Of a stretch of DNA of 32,000 nt, positions 23,729 to 32,000 are shown in pieces (position 1 is the stretch's first letter; each line of letters begins with the position of its first letter). Origin of the DNA: Zygophlyctis sp. KS116 (taxonomy: Eukaryota; Fungi; Chytridiomycota); contig BAAFSQ010000057.1 in the NCBI GenBank assembly GCA_054661495.1, positions 1-32,000 on the forward strand. The letters are read 5' to 3'. The position numbers and the translations under genes were made by a program. The notes beneath the pieces were generated by a model. That model was not told the DNA's origin and did not search any database. It saw only the letters and a list, made by a program, of their open reading frames with translations.

Positions 23729-24206
23729 TGGATAAATTGATTTTTCTAATCTGTAATAAGTAATGTAAATATATTTTTTAACCTTCTCTCCATTGATGAC
23801 CACAAGAACAACATCTATAAAAGATTGACATTGGTTCATCTGCTGATCTAATCTGAATCATCAAGAAGAATGCCCGATCATGTTCGCATTTGCGCATATT
23901 ATATTTTGAGTTAAAACCATAATCAATGCGGATCTATTCCAACCTCTAATGAATCTACAAAAAATTCAAATCTAAAAACCTTTCTTATGGATTATGGTGA
24001 ATCTCTATTTTCTTCACAAAATCCATTTTCTCCGTATGGATAATGGATAAATTGATTTTTCTAATCTGTAATAAGTAATGTAAATATATTTTTTAACCTT
24101 CTCTCCATTGATGACCACAAGAACAACATCTATAAAAGATTGACATTGGTTCATCTGCTGATCTAATCTGAATCATCAAGAAGAATGCCCGATCATGTTC
24201 GCATTT
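23608..24206. repeat. 284-bp direct duplication (23608-23891 and 23923-24206)
   Basis: The copies look identical by eye at offset 315 and are separated by 31 nt of non-duplicated filler. Confidence 0.95.
23778..23891 (-). pseudogene. Duplicated 3' fragment of RPC11 (C-terminal zinc ribbon, truncated)
   Basis: Encodes KCEHDRAFFLMIQIRSADEPMSIFYRCCSCGHQWREG* without the 5' part of the gene. Confidence 0.8.
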
Positions 24207-24443
24207 AGCGCAAGTTACAAGAGTAGAATCAACATTGTCCCATGCACCTGATCCTCCAAGAATATCATCGACTGCTTTTTTATTCAGTTTGGTTGTATGT
24301 GTGACACTCTATGATCAGATTAAACATCTTACAGATTCCATTGTATGAACATAAGGGCATGCAAAACAAGTTAGCTGATTAATAGATTTCTGAGATTTAG
24401 AAAGACTGAGGAGATTAGAGCAGTTTGGGCAAAAGTAGATCAT
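24093..24443 (-). CDS. RPC11: RNA polymerase III subunit C11 (POLR3K), 2 exons; not in the ORF track
   Basis: Hand translation MIYFCPNCSNLL...CFACPY...KAVDDILGGSGAWDNVDST..TCAKCEHDRAFFLMIQIRSADEPMSIFYRCCSCGHQWREG*. 24-nt intron at 24309-24332. Confidence 0.95.
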
Positions 24444-24712
24444 CTTTTGAGTGAAATTTTTAACAGAGAATTCGATTTAGGTGAATGTCCGAACTTATTG
24501 GCCAAATGCTCTGATCTATATTTTTACGAATTATTGGCCAAAGTTTCTCATGTATATTTGAAGGTATTCATGATGCGATCTACCAGGTACCAAAATAGGC
24601 ACTCACTAAACTTGTGACGCATCTATTAAAATCAATACGTCATAAGTTCTTCGGATAACGAATTGACGATTAGCATAATTATACCTTGATTCAGTGTAGA
24701 ATATTATAGAAA

Positions 24713-25776
24713 ATGAAACAATGTAAATTGGAAGGGATATTTCCTGTTGAAATTATAAATATGATTCTAGCAATCTTGGAATTATCAGATATTTCACGAT
24801 TTTCCAGGACCAATAAGAAATACCACATATACATTACTGATTATTATAAGCCATTTTGGAAAATATGCTATATGAATAGATGGAAATGTATTAGATTTTG
24901 TCCGAATTGTGTATCGATTCAATGTCCTTGCTCAGACTGGAGTTGTCAACCAAATCTAAATTGGAAAACTAAATTCATTAAAAGACTTGAAATGGAAAAT
25001 GATTTCAATGCTGGTGGATATAAGCAATCTATTAATTATGAAAACAATACCTCTTTAAAAGTTATTGTACTTGTTTTTACTAAAAATTCTAGAAAACTGC
25101 AGATTCAACAATTACATTCAGAGGATCAACTTTAAGAATATTTGAACCTGGAAGAGATCGCTCTATTCAATTTCAAGACCATAATTCAAACTCTATTACT
25201 TGTATTGCATTAAACTATCCTGAATTTATATCAATATCTATTACTGGAAAAGGAATAATATTATATGATTATCATACATTATCAGAAAAAAACAGCATTT
25301 ATGCAAACTCTGTTACCCAAATCCTTTCAACTTCAACTCGACTTGTTTGCATAGACTCAAAAACCATGATCAAAACTTGGAAATTATCTAATCATGGATC
25401 TAAATCTCAATTTCATTCTTTATTATGGGGACACATTCATGAAATTCAAGATCTTCAATTTTCTAAAGATTTGCTAATTTCTATTGATAAATTTCAAACA
25501 TATTTCTGGGACTGGAATACAAAAACTTGTTTAAAAGTCATAAATTTACAAATTTATAAAGCCATAATTTACAAGGACATTATTGGACTATTTGGTATTG
25601 GAAACATTAAAGTATTTAAAAAGAATAATACTTGTATATTGAAAATACAAGATATTTCTACATCACAAATCTTTAAAAAAGAGGATCAAATTGCAATGAA
25701 TTCAGACAATATCATGATCAAGAGACAATCAATTGATTTTCTAATCAGTCTTGATACACCACAAATTACAATCTAA
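24713..25776 (+). CDS. F-box protein with degenerate WD40 repeats, 2 exons
   Basis: F-box FPVEIINMILAILELSDISRFSRTNKKY...FWK and WD-like LWGHIHEIQDLQF...FWDW. A short intron at about 25066-25092 joins the frames. Confidence 0.75.
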
Positions 25777-25780
25777 AGTA

Positions 25781-26020
25781 CTAAATTGATTTCTTAAAGA
25801 TTTCAGCTTCTAATTGTTCCGCCGAAAGACTGCCATCAATTTTTTCTTGTCCCTTATTAAAAACTGAATATGCGGACAAGTTCCCCTTTGGAATCGGACT
25901 TGTCGACGTGTTCAAATACATCCATACTAGTCCAAGTAATAAAAATACAAACAATCCTATTTCCAAATAAATCGCAAGGCATAATAAAAACAGACTTGAA
26001 ATTGCTAAAATCATCATCAT
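25781..26020 (-). CDS. SAYSD1: SAYSvFN-domain membrane protein (SAYSD1 family)
   Basis: Hydrophobic hairpin followed by GNLSAYSVFN...IDGSLSAEQLEAEI. Start uncertain. Confidence 0.88.
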   Translation of the reverse strand: MMMILAISSLFLLCLAIYLEIGLFVFLLLGLVWMYLNTSTSPIPKGNLSAYSVFNKGQEKIDGSLSAEQLEAEIFKKSI

Positions 26021-26101
26021 CAATACTTGTAATATTGAACCGTCAAGCCTACACATACACTGATTGGTTTCTGATTTCTATTCTGATTTCTAGTCTGTAA
26101 T

Positions 26102-26770
26102 ATGAGAGATTATCAATGTGAGTTTATTGAATTTGCAATATCATCACAAGTTTTGGTTTTTGGAGATTTTGAATTGAAGAGCGGTCGAAGATCTCCATAC
26201 TTTTTTAATGCTGGAAAGTTTAATAATGGATCGGATTTACTTTTATTAGGACAGTTCTATGCTAAAGCGCTACTAAATTCAAAGTTGGAGTATGATGTTT
26301 TATTCGGACCTGCGTACAAGGGAATTCCTCTGGTCTGTGCATTGGCAATGTCGTTGCCAGAGAAGAATGATTTTGCATTTAATAGAAAAGAAGTTAAAGA
26401 TCATGGAGAAGGAGGATCGTTTGTTGGAACTCCTTTAAGAGGGAAAGTAGTCGTTATTGATGATGTTATAACTGCTGTAAGATTTATAATATTAATATTA
26501 CAGGGTACAGCAATCAGAGAATCTGCTGAAATGATTCAAAAGGAAAATGCTACAATTTCTGGTGTTTTAATTGCTATTGATAGACAAGAAAAAGGGAATA
26601 ATACGCAAGTTTCTGCTGTACAACAAGTTTCAAAGGATTTAGGGATTCCAGTGATTTCAATAATTACTATTTCTGATGTAATTGAATATCTAAGGGGAAA
26701 AGATGGAATTTATGAAAAAGAATTACAAGATATGGAGAATTATAGAAGAGAATGGGGAATTAGAATTTAG
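26102..26770 (+). CDS. URA5: Orotate phosphoribosyltransferase, with a 27-nt intron at 26477-26503
   Basis: LKSGRRSPYFFNAG, LFGPAYKGIPL, FNRKEVKDHGEGG and VIDDVITA|GTAIRE. Confidence 0.97.
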   Translation: MRDYQCEFIEFAISSQVLVFGDFELKSGRRSPYFFNAGKFNNGSDLLLLGQFYAKALLNSKLEYDVLFGPAYKGIPLVCALAMSLPEKNDFAFNRKEVKDHGEGGSFVGTPLRGKVVVIDDVITAVRFIILILQGTAIRESAEMIQKENATISGVLIAIDRQEKGNNTQVSAVQQVSKDLGIPVISIITISDVIEYLRGKDGIYEKELQDMENYRREWGIRI

Positions 26771-26785
26771 AAAAAGGGGCGAAAG

Positions 26786-28352
26786 ATGGATGAATCTCAA
26801 ACACTTTTGGGTAATACAAATTCGAGAATTAAAGGATTTAATAATAATGATAAATTTAGGCTGTTATTTCAATGTTTTGTATCATTTCTAATTTACTTTT
26901 TTGTATCGTCTAAAGTTGTTCGTATTTCAATAATATTTTTAAATATTATACTTGCATTATTAATCACAGAGTATGAAATTTCAATGATTGTGGGATGGGG
27001 TGCATTGATTATGGTTTTAACTCAAAATATAATATGCGCAAAGGATAGGGAATGCGAGGGAGTGGAAGAGGCGTTTAAAATAATGCTGAATGGGTATATA
27101 AATTCAAATTTAAAATTTCAGGTTTTCGAGTCAACTACCATGGTTGGTGCTATCAAGTTTCAATATCGGACACGCAATACAGATTTCGAAATTGGGTCAA
27201 AGAATCTCTTTAAACATCTTGAAACTCGTAGGATCAAATGCATTAAGTCTTGGTTATGGGATTTTTCTATCTGAATTGATGTTGGGACCATTCATTCCAT
27301 CAAATACTGCGCGTGGTGGTGGTCTAATATTGCCCATTGTCCAGCAAATGATTCAAGAGTTTGATGAAGATATGAAAAATGATTCTCTCAATGGATTTAT
27401 TATTGCATGTGCAAGTATGGCTAATTTGGTTAGCTCTTCCTTTTTTATGACGGGAACAATAGCGAATCCATTGATTTCAGCAATAGCAAAGGATTCGTTT
27501 GGTATTGATTTTGGATTTTATAATTGGTCTCTGGGGTAATTCATAATTTTTATAATTAATTATTAGAAATTTGGTTCCTGGTATGGTTCTTTTGTTTCTT
27601 TTGCCATACTTCTTCTTAATAATGTTTCATCCTGAAAATCATTCTTTAGACATACAACAAAAAATTGTCTTGAAGCTCTCTCAACTTGGTAAAGTGTCTA
27701 GAAAAGAAGTTAACCTTTCATGCATACTTGTTTTCTGTTTAGTCTTCTGGATCTTTGGTGCTGCATTAGAAATTCCTGTAGCTTTTGTAGCAATCGTTTC
27801 GCTATTTGTTCTAGTCACAATAGATGTCATTGAATGGAAAAATGTAGTTCAAAATTCAACGGCTTGGGATTCATTTTTCTGGCTCGCACTAATGATCCAA
27901 ATTTCACAACAAATCTCTGACTCTGGTCTAGCGATGAGATTTGGTGAATTTTGTGCAACAAGTATTATATCCATGAATTTACCAAGCACTGTGGCATCTT
28001 TCTTATTGGCGGTAGTCTATTTTCTTTCAATGTATTTTTTTTCGAGCATTACAGCGTATGTTTATAATCCCATCTTAAATGTAGACATACAGTCGTGTTC
28101 ATAGCGCCTTTCTTCAATGCTGCAAAAATAATTGGATGTTCACCTTTCTTGATCACTGCTTTACTTGCATATTTTTCATCTCTGTGTGCTTGCTTAACCA
28201 ATTATGGATCTGGTACTCAAGCAATGTATTTCTCTCTGGATTACATTGGTAGAAAAAAGTGGTTTCATCTGGGATTTATGACATTCATCATTATTGTAGG
28301 GGTATATTTGGTTGTCGGTTTGATATGGTGGAAATTTCTCGGTTGGTATTGA
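26786..28352 (+). CDS. DASS-family dicarboxylate exchanger (CitT/TtdT/plastid DiT-like), 4 exons
   Basis: GFSSQLPWLV...LGQRIS, FIPSNTARGGG, SSSFFMTG..ANPL, AWDSFFW, YFFSSITAH, LTNYGSG and WWKFLGWY terminus. Confidence 0.9.
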
Positions 28353-28371
28353 TTTTATTTGATCGCATAAT

Positions 28372-31300
28372 CTATTTATATCCCTGGTTTCCCGGATTAT
28401 ATGGAGGCATAAAATTGGGACCTGGCCCAGAAGGCCTTGCAAATTGACTAGACATCTGAGGATTCATAAATTGAGTCTGATTATTTACGTAGGATGGTGG
28501 AATTTGGTTTTGAAGATTCATCAGCTGTTCGGGAGATAAATTTGAATATTGGGGTGGTATGTTCCTATATTGTCCTTGCATATTCCCTGATGCGTTCATA
28601 AGAGGATAGCCTTGACCCATTGTTTGAGGGAAACCGGCTTGATTTTGTCCCTGCATCATATTAGATTGGTAGGAATTTGGGGCCAATTGCGTTTGCATAC
28701 CTAATAAATATAAATAGAAAATAACTACCAGACATTGAGCTAGTAAATATTGAAGGTTCATTTACGTTTACGGTTCTAAATACTGCATAAGGGTCATTAT
28801 TGTTAGGTGCGGTTTTATCATTTGATCCCGTGAAAGGCCTTGGGGGATTGCCAATCGAGTTATTAACGGGAATCAACGGTGCCTGCAGTCCTGGGCGAGG
28901 GAAGTTTCCAGGTGGCATCGTAGTTGAAGTCATCGAGGTGTAAGAACCTCCTGATCCAGCTCTCATCATGCCAACAGAATTTCCCGGCTGGTACATAGCA
29001 GGTTGATTATAGGCAGGCCCAGAAAAATTACCCGCTGTCCCAGCACTAAATGAAGAAGTCATTGATGCATTAGAAAATGTTTGAGATAATTGAGGAGCGA
29101 TCGGCTGAGTACTTATTCCATAAGAACTATTTTGTTGAAGGGGGGGTGGGTGAACCAGACCAGCCTGAGCTGCCCGCAAAGCTCTCTCGGATTGTTCTTT
29201 GATCAAAGCAGCCTGTCTAGCAGTCTCTTGGGCTTTAGCTAATGCCATTGCAGATTGTGCCTCTTCCTCCTGAGCTCGTTTGTTTTGCTCATGAATTAAA
29301 GCTGCCTTTTTTGCTTGTTCTTGAGCCTGAGCAAGATCATGTTGAGCACGTTGAAGTGCTAACTGGGCCTCTTTCTGTTGTAATTGCGTTTTTGTTAGGG
29401 CACCTTGAGGAGCGGCATTTGGAGTTGATGTTGGCCGGACCGGAATAGCTGGCGGCGGAAGGCCACTATTATTCTGATTAGGAGAAGGCCTGATATGTTG
29501 TGATGGTACATTCGCAACCTTTTCCACGGTTTTCGATTCATTTCCAGGCACACTCCATGGATTGTGTTTGGATGATGAGTCATTTGATTTTATGCCCAAT
29601 GAAGATGATATGGCATCTTCAGTAGAAGGTGGGATTGAAAATGAAGTGACATTCTTATTTGCAGTCATAGACTTTCGCAATACTGATGGTGGTCTCTTTG
29701 AGGAACTATTACTTGCTTCTAATATTGCAGAAACATCTTTAATCGCATTGAGATCAACCGCGTTTCCGGAATGGGCTATTTCGTCATTTTTCGAAAATGA
29801 TACCTTTCGATTTATTCTGTGGTTGAAGTTCCTCAAATTGTAATTTTCGAGCAAAAGCCTCATCATTTTCAATCTGCTGCGTTTTGTGAATAATGGAATC
29901 TTCAGCTGAATTTGATGAGCGCAAGGTTGATACCTGGGAAATGAATGAAACATAAAATACCTTTCTTATCTTATCCAAATTTTGATTTTGAGCCTTCAAT
30001 TCACGTGCATTAATTGTACTTGTCTCAACTGATATGTTATCCACAATAGCTCTTTTAATTCGAATAATATCCCCTTCAGAAACTCCCAGGTCGCGCAATA
30101 ATCCTCTGTCTAAACTATTGACACTTGACGAATCAAGCTTTTCTGAGCTGAATTTCTGTCCATAAGCAATGGCATCTCCAGGTGACACGCCAGCTTTCAT
30201 CAGCCACTCTTTCCAATTAAATCCATTATAAGTAAAACTATTTGCCGACGGTTCAGATATCTGTATTGCAGCGGCTTGAGCAACTATATTATCATCTACC
30301 TTTGAGGCTTTCAAAGTTTGCTGTGGGGACGGCCTGGCTGCCACCTCTCTTAATGCCACGTTTTCATATCCAGGAATACTCCTTATATAGTCCACATCAC
30401 TCGGATGAAGTTTATCAATTTGAATTGTTATTTTACCACCGGTGTCCCCCTTTCTTAAGTGAACTTTATTATCGACAACACTCACTAAGAGGGCCTTAAC
30501 CTTGAATGATCCGGTTTTATCTGTCCATTCTCGGATATTAGAAGAGCCCGGATCTATAAATTATAAAAAAAGGAATATACGAGAAATTGAAGGTTCGCTT
30601 GCTAAAGGGTTTCCTTTGATATTAGTTATAAACTAAAACATACCAAGAGCTTCAGTTGATGGTCGATTAGGAATAGCTGGAGTTATATCAGGCCTATTGG
30701 CAATCGAGCTAGCGAAATTGGGACGATTTGCTATTGAAGGAGCTGTATTCGGCTTTACAAAGGAATGTGGTACTACTTCAGGTCTAGATGAAATTGGGTA
30801 TTCTGCGATATCAGGTCTTGAATCTATACGCGGAGGAGGTATTTCGGGTCTGGAAGATATGGGTGGTGCGACAATATCTGGTCTAGAAGATATTGACTGT
30901 GGTCTCACATCAGGTCTCGAGGCTACTGGTGGTAGTAGTATTTCAGGTCTTGAGGCTACTGGTGGTGGTAGTGGGATTTCAGGTCTTGAGGCTACTGGTG
31001 GTGGTGGTGCGATGTCAGGTCTTGAGGCTACTGGTGGTGGTGGTGCGATGTCAGGTCTTGAGGCTACTGGTGGTGGTGCGATTATAGAGCTGCTTGAAGA
31101 TGGAGCAGGAGGTCTTTTGGCAATCTTAGGGGGCTCCGTATCAAACCGGGAAGACATAGAAGAGGCACGCACAAAAGATTCAGAAGAAAGCCTTTCTTGC
31201 TCTTCTTGAATGCGCCTTTGTTCAGCTTCCTGCTGCCGTCTATCTTCTTCTTCTCTTTGCAACATTTCTTTTTCCCATCTGATACGTTGCTCTTCTAATT

Positions 31301-32000
31301 CTTTCCAATTCTGAATTCGCAAAGCTTCTTCTCTTTCCCGAGCATATGCCTCTTCACGATCACGAGCTTCTTCTATGACATTACTTTCTTTTGCTTCTGT
31401 CTCGTAATTCGTATTATGACGATCAACAGCTTCTTGGTGATCCAAAGTATTGCTCAAAGTATCTCCGAGTTTCTGTTTGGCCTAATTTAAGTTTATTCCA
31501 GTTACCTGAACATAAGACTTGGGCACAAATCCTTCTCTACCACCTTTTTTCATCGAACGAACCATCCACCAATCTGAATCCCTATCATCCAAAACAAGTA
31601 AATTTTCATTTTCTAGAATTGAGAGCTCTTCCTTATCTGCAGCACTGTAATCATATAAAGCAACAACAATATTTGGAGTTAACTGCTGTTGTTGTGATTC
31701 CGCATTACTTTTGGGGTGTGGAACTTGAGAACCCCCTAATGTCTCTTTTTTTGGCGAATCCAGAGTTTTTGAATACTATTATTACAAAATATAAATATAC
31801 TAAAGTTTGACATTGTGTTAATTGCGCCATGAGACCTTGAATATCATCTTTTTCTCCTTCATATTCCCTTGTATCTACATTTCCATCTGTTTGAGTTATA
31901 TTTATTGTTAATTTTTTAGATTTTTTTTCTGAAAAAGTAATAGTGTTAATATGAAACTTGTAAAATGGAACTTTAGACTTTTCATCATTAAAAGAGACCA
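28372..32000 (-). CDS. SLA1: Endocytic adaptor Sla1 (SH3, Pro-rich, SHD1, SHD2/SAM-like, Q/P-rich tail); 5' end outside the window
   Basis: SH3 VALYDYSAADKEELSI...DWWMV...EGFVPKSYV, SHD1 REWTDKTGSFKVKA...KVHL...KLHPSDVDYI and SHD2 FNWKEWLMKAGV...LLRDLGVSEGDIIRI. Confidence 0.9.
30660..31083 (-). repeat. Coding tandem repeat (SRPDIAPPPPVA-like, 33-36 bp units) inside SLA1
   Basis: TCAGGTCTTGAGGCTACTGGTGGTGGTGGTGCGATG units, near-perfect at 30943-31083 and progressively degenerate toward 30660. Confidence 0.9.

Noticed and set aside
23608-24206. Direct repeats as LTRs of a mobile element
   Set aside because: The repeats consist of host gene ends, with no TG..CA termini, target-site duplication or internal element.
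30697-31209. Plus-strand Gly-rich ORF (SGLEATGGGG repeats) and the overlapping Val-rich ORF
   Set aside because: Antisense shadows of the SLA1 proline repeat.

Overview
AT-rich, extremely compact eukaryotic DNA, most consistent with a zoosporic (chytrid-like) fungus. It carries fungal-type FOX2, URA5 and SLA1 together with ARL8 and the flagellar gene CFAP73/CCDC42. About 21 protein genes are packed in 32 kb and split by roughly 55 hand-counted GT-AG introns, mostly 23-32 nt. In order: a Tim44-like mitochondrial protein, Raptor/KOG1, choline/ethanolamine kinase, TAF13, a bacterial-looking GT2, an RBM5/10-like factor, FOX2 with an SCP2 domain, HMG-CoA reductase, ARL8, anoctamin, CFAP73, UBE3D/IPA1, a RanBP2-zinc-finger protein, RPC11 (absent from the ORF track), an F-box/WD40 protein, SAYSD1, URA5, a DASS exchanger and SLA1. 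Best finding: the one unusually long intron (in UBE3D/IPA1) holds a complete unannotated box H/ACA guide RNA (~22308-22429) whose two pockets both match the branch-site-recognition region of U2 snRNA (U42 and U38, yeast numbering). Second: a 284-bp tandem duplication whose junction is a 41-nt inverted copy of sequence 3.1 kb away, a template-switch signature. All splice models were read by eye and no searches were run.
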